Shown: in pieces, positions 52,284 to 64,000 of the stretch
Layout: the number at the start of each line of letters is the position of its first letter
Numbering within the stretch: position 1 is the stretch's first letter
Assembly (NCBI GenBank): GCA_000708835.1
Contig: DF237155.1
Span: 79,496-143,495, forward strand
Length of the DNA: 64,000 nt
DNA from: Klebsormidium nitens
Taxonomy: Eukaryota > Plantae > Klebsormidiophyceae
Direction of reading: 5' to 3'
Notes under the pieces: model-generated
Databases searched by the model: none
Told to the model about the DNA's origin: nothing
What the model saw: the letters and a program-made list of their open reading frames with translations, nothing else
Made by a program: the position numbers and the translations under genes

Positions 52284-55200
52284 ATGAGTAGAGGCAAGGG
52301 TTTGGCAGAGCAGGACCTGAAGAAGTTGAACGTCGAGAAATTGAACCCCCTGTCGCCGGAGGTGATTAGCAGGCAGGCCACTATCAATATTGGCACCATT
52401 GGCCATGTGGCTCACGGCAAATCGACAGTGGTCAAGGCAATTTCTGGTGTGCAGACTGTTCGCTTCAAGAATGAGCTTGAGAGGAACATCACAATCAAGC
52501 TGGGTTATGCCAATGCGAAGATCTACATGTGCGAGGATGACAAGTGCCCTAGGCCCATGACGTACAAGTAAGTTGCCATGACGCACCGTTCCTCTCTTCC
52601 TTTCTTCATTTGCTTGTCAGGCCCACCGATCCCTATCGCAGCTTTTCTGGGTTTGGCTTATCCCCATGATTTGAGGGGGTTGAATTGAATAGTTTTGTGA
52701 GAGTTGAACCCGCGGGGAAACTTGATTAGTTTCAAAGCAATTGACAGTCTCACAGGTTCATTGCTGGCATGTATTTACAGCTATTGGGTTTTTGCAGGGC
52801 GTATGGCAGCGGGAAGGAGGATACACCACTCTGCGATGTCCCGGGCTTTGAGGACAAGAGGATGAAGTTGCTGCGCCACGTTTCCTTTGTGGATTGCCCA
52901 GTAAGTTGCCCTCATTTGCGGAGTTCTTTGCTATTGCATTTTTACTGCATACTCACCCTTCATCAAGGCTTGACCGTTACCAGGCAGCTTCAGTCTCATA
53001 GGTGTGCCTTACAAGGTCTAGCGTGCGTTATGGCTTCTGGACCATTACCGTGGCTTTTGCATGGCAGCAATCAGGACGTCTGCCTTGTTGTCTCTGCTTG
53101 CATTGGTGGGATTCAGCAATTGTTGGGATATTTTTGGTGGCATTTCTCGCTGCATTCGCATCGGCACCAGTCATTGGCAAGATCAACTGCGGCTCATGTC
53201 ATTCATCGGCACAACCATCTTTGCTTGTTTTGCAGGGACACGACATTCTCATGGCTACGATGCTGAACGGTGCTGCCATCATGGACGGCGCCTTGCTGCT
53301 GATTGCCGGCAACGAAACGTGCCCTCAGCCCCAGACCTCAGAGCATCTGGCGGCTGTGGAGATCATGAAGCTGAAGCACATCATCATCCTGCAAAACAAG
53401 ATCGATCTAATCCAGGAGTCTGCGGCTGTGAACCAGCATGAAGCAATTGAGAAGTTTATTCAGGTCAGACAGGCATCTCATGGCATTGCAGGTTCAGGGT
53501 TGTTCGGTTTTGGGGTACATTGTACTCGAGGATCGAGAAACAGTGACTTGGATATTTTCATTGAGTATACGAATGTAGTGTTGTGTAGTTGGCAGCCGGA
53601 CGCACTGCTGATGCGGGGGTCTTTGCCGGAAAGTTTGTCAGTGTTTTGTATCCAGTCTATTGCAGCGTGGCTGTTCCATTTAGTAGGCGCTCAACCACTA
53701 CGCTTGAATTGTTGGACTAGTAGTTCTACATCTGATGGCTTCAACTCGACTTGATAAGCTCTCATGTCCAAATCCTCTTGGCAGGCACCAGAGGACGGTT
53801 CGGCCTGTTCCTTTGGTCAAAAAAACCCATAATGGCCTTTTAAACATTGGCATCAAGAGGACGCAGCACCAGAGATGGCTTGTTGCCCCAATTCGTGTCA
53901 CAGGTTCTCATGTGCTTTGCTGCCTGCTTCTCTGTCCAAAGGGAACAATCGCCGACGGTGCTCCAGTGGTGCCCATCTCGGCTCAGCTCAAGTACAACAT
54001 CGACGTGGTGTGTGAGTACATCGTGAACAAGGTCCCGGTGCCCATCCGGGATTTCACCTCCTCCCCCAACATGATCGTCATCCGCTCGTTCGATGTCAAC
54101 AAGCCCGGATCTGAGGTGGACGAGATTCAGGGAGGAGTAGCAGGAGGCAGTATTCTCCGGGTAAGCATCAATGGTCGACGTTAGCAAGTTTTTTCGCTGC
54201 TGCCAGGTCAATAAAACCCGCACTGCTTTTGAAAGCTGTCTTTCAATGTTGTCTTGCTTCTGACATCAATTGTCAGGTCGCCTTTTGCTTTTACTATGTT
54301 CCAAAAGCTGGTCGATTGCCAGCTGCCTGCAGTTCCCAATGATTAGAAAGTTATTAGCTCTAGCTGAGAAACCCATGCTGAGCAAACAGATATCCGTTGA
54401 ATGAGGGAACTGCAGGCAGCATCTATTCATCCTAGTAAAATACCAGAAAACCAGTGAGCCAGCTTGGCATTCAACAAGACGTTCACTTCAAATGCCAATG
54501 CATTCATGGCCTTCAGTGCTCCACTCCCTTCACCATCTACTGATGGCTGAACCAACTCGTTTGAAGCCTGTTCCTCGCACTGGTAGCTCTGCCGGGCTGC
54601 GGTAGGCGCGGCAATCCTGACCCATGCCGTATTTGTCGTTTTTGTGCCGATAGCTTGTCTGTTGGGCGAATGCATTGTTTGTTTCAAGATATGGAAGGTC
54701 ATCAAAGGGCGGGGTTTCCGGAAGCCAAGAATCTGCTCGCGAAGTTGTTTTGGATCGCATGGTGCTTGACATGCTGGGAACTGATCAGTCCAAAACACAG
54801 CGTTTCTAGTGACGGTTGCCCTCAGCCAATCGAGTGCCCATTTACATGATGCGTTTAAAGAGCTTGTTTCTGGTGGAATCCAGAAGCTGCAGCGTTTTTG
54901 GTCGGCTGTCGGGAGCACAAGCGTTATCTTCGCGGAACAGTAGTGTCCGCATAGTTGCCGTTACTGCGCCCATATGTTTCTTATATGGCGCAGTTGGCTC
55001 TTCATGCAGCTAAGTTCTTGTTGCAGTTGCTGGCGTGTTCCAACTCACTGTTGGCTTTGCCCAATGGTGCGGCATGTAATAATGGATGCCGCATACTTTA
55101 CACCTGCCTCGATATGTTTGTATTTGGTTTCTCTCGTTGTCTGGGAAACTGACCGCTAAGGTTAGCGAACTGCTCCTCTGTCCTTTTTGAACTTGCTTTA

Positions 55201-56512
55201 ATTCAAGCTACTGTTCAGGCTCGACCTCTGCTGTACAATCAGGGCCGCTTGTTATTTCAAGGGCTGTACCGGTCGTGACCTTGACTAACTCGGATCTGCC
55301 CCAATTGATTTGTGTCACTTGATGGCACCCACTTTGAGCGAATCAGACCCTGCGCAGAAGTCGTACTCGTTTGTTGCAAAGGTATCGGTATCACGACATG
55401 CAGAAACCCCATCTGTTCCGTTCTGTTCTTGACCCATCCGGTTTGTGTCCCTCAGGGCGTCTTGAAGGTCGGCCAGAAGATCGAGGTGCGGCCCGGCATC
55501 GTGACCAAGGACGCGGAGGGCAACCCCAAGTGCACGCCCATTTTTAGCCGCATCAAGACGCTCTTCGCGGAGCAGAACGAGCTGCAGTACGCGGTGCCTG
55601 GGGGGCTCATCGGGGTGGGCACGACGATCGACCCGACGCTGACGCGAGCGGATCGGCTGGTGGGACAAGTCCTGGGGGAGGTCGGGGAGCTGCCCGACGT
55701 GTTCACGGAGCTCGAGGTGAGTGCTCGGGGGAAAGCTCCGGGCAGAGACGCCTCGAGATGTTCTCGCTTGCCTGCTGTTAGGCTGTGCTTTATGGAGCTC
55801 AGGAGCGTTTGAGAAAAGGGCTCGGGGCAGGGATGGCTGGCGGTGGTTTCATTCGCTCGTGACGTACTTCTGTTCGGAAACGAAGAGTTGAGAGGACAGA
55901 TGATTGTCAATGGTGCTGTACCAGGACTCTGCTATTTTTGTCCATGAAACTTCGCCGTGAGGCCCGTTTCAGTTGAAGCGGCGCGGAACATGGTTGGCAG
56001 TCTTCTCAAAGTGTTGGCTTTTGTTGCGCTTAACGTCTCCTGTTACCCTTGTTCGATAAAAGATGGCAGTGACGTGGACGGAGGTTTCGTAATTTCAGAT
56101 TTTCAGTATGTGTATCTTATCACTTGTGCTTGGCAAGTCGGAGGCTCTTCGCTCATGGAAGTGGTTCGTTCGACTCTCAGCTGATCCCGCATATGGATGT
56201 TGATTATAGGTCAACTTCTTCTTGCTGAGGCGGTTACTCGGTGTGCGGACAAAGGGCAGCGAGAAGCAAGGAAAGGTGGCCAAGCTGGCCAAGGGAGAGG
56301 TTCTCATGCTTAATATCGGGTCCATGTGCACGGGGGCACGGGTGCTGGCCGTGAAGAGCGATCTAGCAAAGCTGCAGCTGACGTCACCAGTGTGCACGAG
56401 AGAAAAGGAGAAGATCGCACTTAGCCGAAGAGTAGAGAAGCATTGGCGGCTCATTGGGTGGGGTCAGATTCAAACTGGTGTGAAGCTTGATATTCCTCCG
56501 GTGTCTTTCTAA
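52284..56512 (+). CDS. eIF2S3: Translation initiation factor 2 gamma subunit, 6 exons
   Basis: Exons 52284-52567, 52798-52900, 53236-53463, 53942-54160, 55456-55716, 56210-56512. Motifs [45 protein letters not shown]. Confidence 0.98.
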
Positions 56513-57456
56513 ACACGCAGGGATTAGTTTGTGTACAGTATAAACGCAGGTCAGAACGCAAGTATTGAGCCAGGGTGTAGTGCCTAGTTCTCTCCTCATT
56601 CTACCCTTTCTCGTGGTGATCTCAGCCAAACCCTCATCTCCTAAATAATCTGCAATGAATCGATAACTCATTTTGTTGCTTAACATGTCATCAACAGAAG
56701 ATCATGAGATTCTAAACGTCTGTTGCAATACGAATATCGGCATGGCAAAGGCAAATTGTGAACGGGATAGCAATGGCTTCGGATAGATTCCTGAAGGTGG
56801 TTTGATCGTGTCCCGCTGGTCTAAGACTCATGCAAGCTGGCCAGGTCGCGACCTAGCTCACAATTTGCCTACCTATCATGAGCTAACAACGTGCGGACAC
56901 TCAACGCACGCTCAAGGTTCTTATTGCAGGAGTGCACAATTCAGAAGTGCAAAATGTTCACCGTCTCGCGTTGCCATGATGCAGGACTCTGCACAGAACC
57001 GTAGGATCTCAGAAAGAGCTCAGGACTGCATGAAGCAGTGAAGGCTGTTGCAAACAGTGCTCACATGCATGTGACAGCTGACCCTGAAATTGATGATTGT
57101 TCCTAACCCAAACCCGAATTCGTCGAAGACAGCTCAAGCTGTCGATTCGAGTCAACTGATTCGATTATAAGTTGGCAGAACTTGGTCCCGATTCGGGTTT
57201 CCAGATGACCACAGGCCTGATCATGTGGGCCAGAGCTGCCTGCATGGCCTTCCTGGCTGCAGGCAGGGGCGCCCTCCAAACTAAATGTCTTTTGTCTAAA
57301 AGCCCCAGTGGTAGTTCTGTAGGTCCCCAAAGAGTGCAGTTGCTTATTTGCAAGGGAGCTTGACTCAAAGGAATCTAGGAGCGACCGGGTCACTCTCTTC
57401 TTTCCAGGTGCTCAGGTGTGCAGAACGATTATAAAGGGATTTTACGGGCTCCAACC

Positions 57457-60400
57457 ATGATGCAAGCACTGGTGGACACGCCTGGGCTGCAGGGATATGA
57501 ACAAGTTCTGGTAAGTAGTCTCAGAACAAGCCGGAACGGAGCGGCCTGATGTCTTGAATGGTTATTGAGCCTCTGATTCTGACGCCTCTTTCAATCAGTA
57601 TTCTGCGACGTTCGCTGATCTTGCACCCAAAAGGATCGACGTTCTCTGGTGCAGCCAATTGTATTGTCCAGCTTGGACAAATATTGGTACCACAATGGGT
57701 GTATTGCGCTCGAATTACATCCATTGGAATCTGTCTTTCTTACTTAACAAGCCCCCTTGGCCTTTGGATGTCAACCAGCTTTGCTCCTCCACAGGATGAA
57801 GGGGTGATCCACGAGGGGCACGATGGCACATATGTAGACTCGCAGTATGAGGAGCACACAGCCAAGAAGCGGCGGAGGCTGGCAGGGCCCCGAGTCCCAG
57901 TAAGTCTTTTGCGGCTACAATGTGTCCCTTGCCCAATTTTCCCCCACTTTGCAACATCTGGAGTTGCTTGGCAAAAGAAGTGGGGTAGGTCGGGCCAAGG
58001 TTTAGTGATGACCAGAAAGCGGAGAAGCAAGGGGAACGGCGTTGCGTGCGACAAGTGTTGGGGGGTGATACAAATAGGCCCTCAGGGGCTGGGAGGGGGG
58101 GTTATCCTCAAATAACTTCCATATGTTCTGGAAGATTGTTGAACCGCCAGCTGCCACCAGCGGTGATCGCTCGTGTAGTGATGCGAATGTTAGAATTACA
58201 CCTTGTGTGGGCCTCTCGGCAAGTCGCAATCAACGGCACAGTCCAAGACGATCCTGCCATGCTAGAATTATATGTTGAGACCGCAGCATCGCAGACATTG
58301 CATTACCACAGTTTTTTGAGTCGCGTGCGGAAGGCAAGCATAGTGTCGCGAAAATTCCTTAAGGACTCAAAAACATGCACCCAAAAAGGAGGAGACACCA
58401 GACACCACTCTAACTTGTTTGTAAGAAACATTATCAACATGGTTCGTCAGAAGAATGCACTTGCTAAGGTCCGCACCACCATTCTGCAGGGACTGGCTGA
58501 GGCCCTGATAGCCCTCCTCCCTGGTCTCGACGACAAGTCTTTTCCGGAGGACATTCAAGACCTGGGGACCCGCCTCCGAGCCGCGCTTCAGCTCTTTGAG
58601 GCCAACCCGCCCCCGCGGTTGTTGGATGGCATGGATGGCAGGAGAAAGGCTGTAAGCACCCGGCCAAAGAGGGGGCCAGTGGAGGGGCAGATCTCATACC
58701 ACAAAAAGTGCAACTGGCCGGGGGGGTGCGTGAAGAACCCGTCGTTTGGGTATCCGGGGCAGGGGCGGGAGCGGTGTAAGGAGCACAAGGAGCCAGACAT
58801 GCTCAACGTAATTGACAAGTTGTGTGGTAGGACAGCTGTACTCTTTGCTATCTCTAATCTATGTCGAGATTCTTCTCAAGATCGATATTCTGAGTCATGA
58901 AGTCGCCTTGCTTCGTCTCTGCATCTTTGAGCTTGGTATGCTGTAATCTCGGTAGCATTTGTCTCTTTGTATGTATGTGAGCAGACCTTTTTGCGAAGCT
59001 TTTAGTTGAGTTCCCCTTTGTCTGTGAGTGGCTGCGTGTTGGGTCGCGAAAGTCAGTTCCTAGTGTCTCACTTCCGTTTGGCAATCTTATGAAAAGACAT
59101 TTGCAATAATCATGATCGTGCCCAGGTCTGATTAAAAAACTTTGTCACCGTCAAACCGCTGCGCTCGTCTTTGTCCGTCGGTCATATTTACCCCGAACAA
59201 CAACTTGTCCGATGCAGAGTCCTACCAATTTGAGAGCCGAAGCGGAAACACGTTCATATGACTGGATCGAAGGGGCTCTTCACCAGACTTCGTTTCGAAT
59301 GCAGGAATTGAAGGCTGTAGAAAACGGCCGTCGCAGGGCCACCCCGGCGGCCCCGCCACTCGGTGCAAGAAGCATGCAGAGCCCGGCCAGGTCAACGTCG
59401 CCAATAGGCGGTGCATAGTAAGCTCATCTTGCGTGGCACCTTGCCTCGTCAAACTCATGTTTTCAGTTCTTCCACGTCGGTGTACCGTGAATCAGCGCGC
59501 TGAGTGACCTGTTGCACCAGACGGGCAGCAGGACTGCTGTGAGGACGTGTTTGCCCTGTGCTGACGTCAGGGCAAAGACGTTTTCCCACATTCGCTCGGA
59601 TGGTCCTTCCTTGTTTCTGGTTCGAGGCTATGTCGTCGAACTTTTGCAGTGCGTTCTGTCCTCTTCGGATGCCTGCAAGCGGTGCGACCAACGCAAAAGC
59701 AAAGCGTACTGCGGTCATTGCCTCGTGCTGAAGTTCCTTCGAGTTCTCGACTCTTCAACCAGTCTGTCAGGCTGTTGTGGTTCCAACGGTTGAACTTTTC
59801 CAAATTGAAAGAGCTTTGAAGTTTCACGAAGCTTGAAAGGATTTGCGGAGTGTTCGCCGTCCTTCCTGAGCTTCTGACCGTATTTTCGATCAACCGATCA
59901 ACAAGCCCAGTGAACAACGAGCTCTTCATTCAGATGAGAACCTAGATAAAAAGGATGACCCGATCGCACCCATACCCTCCCTACGCCAACCCGACCCGTC
60001 GGAGCACAGTGTTCTTCTTGTACACTGCGCTAATTGTTCACTGCGTCGACTGGGAGGTCTGATTGTCGTCTGGCTGCACAATTATCACGGTTCTGAACTA
60101 CTCGACGTCAAAATTGGATCTTGCCGTCAGACCGGGCTACCACTTCCATTTGAGCGAATCTCGAGGAACCACCCTATGTTCCAACCCTATGTAAGCAGGT
60201 ATACCTCTTTCTGATAGACAACCAGAAGGATCATAACACCTGCAGTAAAAATCCTTGTTCTATCACTTCCCCTGTCCAATGTTTCCCATCTCGCCTCTCT
60301 TGTCCAGGTCGACGGCTGCCTCCAGTTGCCCGCCTTCGGCATCCCCGGAGCCAATCTCGCGATCCGGTGTGGCGAGCACGCAGAGCCCGGAATGGAACTG

Positions 60401-61388
60401 GTCGAGAAGAACTGTGCGGCAGGCGGTTGCAGCAGTCACGCCGCGTTTGGGTGGCCGGGCGGCAAGCCGGAGGTGTGCAAGAAGCACGCGTCCATAGGGA
60501 TGCTCGACGTCAAAAGCAAGCGTTGCAACTTTGGTGAGTGATCCGACTGTGACACCGGTCTGATGCTGCGATCTGGGTGTTGTGGAAGGGTGACGGGCTT
60601 GTGACGCTCTCCGCTTACACGATGTCGTGCATCCGTGCTTCTCGAAAAGCCGATATTTACTTGGAGATCACTTGACAATGTTGGTAGGTACGTTGGTCCT
60701 GGATCGGGTGACGGGTTGTGGCTGGATATTGGCTTGCCTCTTCCTCTTAGGAAGAGGGGAACCATAGGGATCGATCATTTGGGCACTGTACGACGCCGCG
60801 GCGCGGGCCCGCCGTTCGACGTGCTTGGGTTGGCCCGTTTCGACGATAAAACGTACGGTATTGCCTGGAATTCTGGACAAATAACGGTGCGACATTTTTT
60901 GGACTGGGGCCCCCAGTTGCACCTTACGAATCGAACACATTGGCTCGACCGGTGCATGGTGCAAGTCGCGGAACCGCGCTTCGTGCATGTCCGCGATGTT
61001 GACGCCGAAGTTTCGCGCTTGCCCCGGTTGGCTGGTTTCACGACCAAGACATCTACACCGTTGAAAGAGATATGGCCAGTCGATGCCAACTGCGATTATC
61101 AACCGTTGATGACGTTGGAAATCAAGGAAGAGGCAAGCCCTTGCCGTCGCATCGACGGCCAACCATGTTGTTGAAGGACAGCCCGGTCAGAAGGGGCGAT
61201 CGGTCACCTAGATCTGCATTTGGCCTTCGACTTTGTACACAGACTCGAAGGTACGTCTTTCAGAAGTAAAGTGTTCTGTCACTTCTGCAGGTGGCTGCGC
61301 AAAGCACAGGTCGTATGGCTTCCCCGGGCAAGGGCGGACTCGGTGTCGAGACCACGCAGAAGGTGGAATGATTGACCTGAGCCGGTAA
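57457..61388 (+). CDS. Protein with five C-terminal EsV-1-7-type Cys/His repeats and an unrecognised N-terminal region
   Basis: Phase-consistent exons 57457-57510, 57795-57899, 58151-58826, 59305-59417, 60308-60533, 61291-61388. Repeats follow CxxxGCxxxP(S/A)(F/Y)GxPG..CxxHxxxGM.(N/D)V, e.g. CNWPGGCVKNPSFGYPGQGRERCKEHKEPDMLNV. KKRRR motif near the N-terminus. Start uncertain. Confidence 0.8.
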
Positions 61389-63135
61389 CATAGCATACAG
61401 GAGGTTGTATCAATTGTCACTGTCAACACGTTGAAGCAAAGGTCGTAAGACTTTCCGTATACAGAAGACAATGAAGTAAGTAAATCAGTAATTGTGTTAT
61501 GAAGGTCTTTTTCAAAAACTACGTGGCCTCCAATTAACTTGAAGCCGCTGTAATAGACCGCTCAAGAATCGAGTTTTGGCATTGGATCAGCTCGACAGGT
61601 TGTTAACTAAAGGCGTGTTACTATAGTCGAGAGCCTCTGTTCGGGCCACCAGATTACAACGGAGTGGCTGGTAGCCGGCTTCGGCTGCCGATATTTAGGC
61701 CCACCAGCGATTCCGATAATGTTTCTCAAATCTGCATACGACATGGGATTCATGCGCAAACGTGGAACGGTTACCTTTTTTCCATATTCTGGGCCAGGCC
61801 ATTGCCCATGGGCGCTTGTGCATAATGCCAGATATGACGATTTATGTAGTATCATGGTTTGTTGTATCCATTGCAATTAATTTCGGATGTGAGCCGCTTC
61901 ACATATTAAGTGTAGTCCGGCCGGTGCGCAAATGTCCATGCCGAGTTTTACTTAATAAGTAGTTAGGGCCGCCGCCGCGGCGCCCTGCGCCATGCGTCTA
62001 ATACAAGCACTAGGTCTAATTGTTTGGTTTAGCTAACAGCAGTTCTTTCACTATATAATTGCATCCATCAGACGGTTTTCAGCTAGCTAGCTTCGAGTCC
62101 GATACGTGCGGAAAATTGTGAAACGCAGAATAATACTGGTACTTACTCGGTTGTACACGGGCAACGTTGACGATCTAACAACGCCCCTAACTCGCGACGA
62201 AGTTAAGAAATTTCGGATATGGATGAAGCGCAGCACGTTTTGTAGTGGTCAATCTGCATCATGTGCGCAAGACGATGCATAGTGGCGCATAGTGGTTTGG
62301 CAAGCCAGCAGCCTGGCAACCTGGACATGGGAAAATGGTCATCAGGCTTAGGGCATGCTTAATCGAGCTGTTCAACAGAGTAGGTAGCGCTGCTGGTAGC
62401 TTGGGGGCTTTTCAATAATTGAGATTCTGCCGGTGACCTACTGATCCACATGGCGGACTGGCCGTCAAGGAACAATCATGTTTTGACTAGATTGCCAGGA
62501 CGATCTGATGGATGACGATTCTGATGGAGGGATCTGACTGATCTGGGTGGGGAAGCGGGGGAGCCTGTAACGTCTGCATTAGTGGCAACCTTTTCATTTG
62601 AGACTACCAATATTTCTTGAACCTTGCTAGTGCAGAACTTCAATCGCCTGATTCTTTTAGGCAGCCAAAAATTCAAATGTTGCGGCATCACTGGCAAGCC
62701 TTATGCTCCTCACATCACTGACATCTCTCTGCTCCCAAGCTCATGAGTGCGCCAGAATTACTATGCAATTGAGCCAGCAATGATTGCCTTTTCTATGTTA
62801 CAAACCACCACTGTAGTTATTCTCATCTAGGGTGTTGTTGACAAACCCACCACTAAACACGATTGAAGTAATGGCGGTCACAGCATGGGTCCACACCCAG
62901 TCTGAAAACTTCTTTTCTACACATGCTGCTGCAAGTGTTTACTGTAGCATCGTCGCCAAAAGACTGGAGATACTCTAGGACCCTCGGATGGGTTGCATGT
63001 TCACACAACTATTGACCAGATTGGAGGTTGATGTATGCTGGAGCTCACAGAACGTAGACACCACCTGACGCCTCAGGGCTGCATTGCTCAGGGTGACAGC
63101 ACTGCAAGTGAAAGTCCTGCTGACATGCAAACTTG

Positions 63136-63411
63136 CTAGCTTCTCCCTGCTGAGTCTGAGCGCTTGGGAAGGCCCCAGTAGCTTCCCGTTGTTGGCTCCT
63201 TCTTCAGAGCTTCCTCCAAGCTCTCACCAGGCCTCTGATGATCAGCTAGCTGGTGCCCTGCCAAGCTTTCCTTTGCTTCTTCCAATTTCTGTACCCGCCC
63301 TCTGGTGGTGGTGGTGTCCCGTGTGTATGACACGTATACAATGCCGGCTAGCCCTACACCTACAAGAATCTGCGCTGCTATCTGCTTCGCGGATGCGGGG
63401 GTGGCAGCCAT
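63136..63411 (-). CDS. Small single-pass membrane protein (91 aa), unknown function
   Basis: ATG just after an acceptor-like ttccag. One hydrophobic helix (IAAQILVGVGLAGIVYVSY) followed by a charged tail. No family recognised. Confidence 0.5.
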   Translation of the reverse strand: MAATPASAKQIAAQILVGVGLAGIVYVSYTRDTTTTRGRVQKLEEAKESLAGHQLADHQRPGESLEEALKKEPTTGSYWGLPKRSDSAGRS

Positions 63412-63829
63412 GGCCTCCTCCTGGAACGAATGGCCTCATGCCACCAAATGAATGACATTGAAAGCGTCGTGTGTTCGTTAATTCTTGTCCATTCTGAAGT
63501 GCCCTTCGCTTCGCGTCATGCTTTCAAATAACGGATACAAATTAAAATCTTTTTTGGCAAATATAAGCGCTCAGTTAACGCTTAAAGACGGTTGCGGTAA
63601 AGTGCCGTTTCTGGAGCCTGTAAGATCAAACTCAGGCCCGCGAAAGGGGCCAGAATCCAGCGTCGAAGCTGCCGTCTCTTGGCAGCGAAAAGTTTGTGGA
63701 TTCGACGGAGGGACGGCATACGGTATTGCTATCAGAAATTAAAATACAGAGAAATGTGGCACAAATGCAGGAGTTGTCCTTGTTGAGGCATGTTGAGGCT
63801 CTCCATATTAATAAGTCTCGATTTTATCA

Positions 63830-64000
63830 TTTATGTTGAGTTAGGTGTATGTTGAGTTAGATCAGTACCCCGGGCGCAAACAAACTAAAAACCTAAACCC
63901 ATAGTTAACATGCTCCGCACCGGTACCCACCCTAAACCCCCAAACCAACCCCACCCGTCCCCCGGGCATGACCTAACTCAACATAGCCGTAACTCAACAT
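63830..64000. mobile_element. MITE related to 18624-18810, truncated by the window end
   Basis: Inverted repeats ATGTTGAGTTAGGTGTATGTTGAGTTAG (63833-63860) and CTAACTCAACATAGCCGTAACTCAACAT (63973-64000). Core aligns with the first MITE (CTAAAAACCTAA..CGCAC..TACCCACCCTAA.CCCCCAAAC..CCCGTCCC). TSD cannot be seen. Confidence 0.7.

Noticed and set aside
54161-55455. Long eIF2-gamma intron as a possible snoRNA host
   Set aside because: No properly spaced C/D box pair with terminal stem and no H/ACA layout found by eye.
60635-61174. 179-aa ORF (and 164-aa antisense ORF) inside the last intron of the EsV-1-7 gene
   Set aside because: Non-ATG start, no recognisable motif, and flanking exons join in phase without it. 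A BLASTp hit or junction reads would reopen it.

Overview
Intron-rich eukaryotic nuclear DNA, most consistent with a flagellate-producing streptophyte alga such as Klebsormidium. This is an inference from GT-AG introns, land-plant-like eIF3h, eIF2-gamma, BASS and GH10 genes, the centriole gene CCDC57 and EsV-1-7 repeats. I traced exon chains by hand, checking reading phase, for eIF3h, a CCDC57 homologue, TBCA, a GH10 xylanase with three CBM-like modules, a BASS transporter, an AlkB-like dioxygenase, eIF2-gamma, an EsV-1-7 repeat protein, an uncharacterised low-complexity protein and a dehydrin-like protein. A cluster of three intronless membrane-protein paralogues lies at 16.4-22.3 kb; the middle copy is broken by a frameshift and a MITE with a 9-bp TSD. 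A related MITE at the window end shares the same core but has re-written inverted repeats. The most unusual signal is at 1.1-2.3 kb: two ~240-nt hairpin-array elements with a compensatory base change, each inside a predicted minus-strand intron, next to two paralogous 83-nt exons, one of which would act as a poison exon. No tRNA, rRNA or CRISPR array was seen. All identifications are from recognition of sequence, not database searches.
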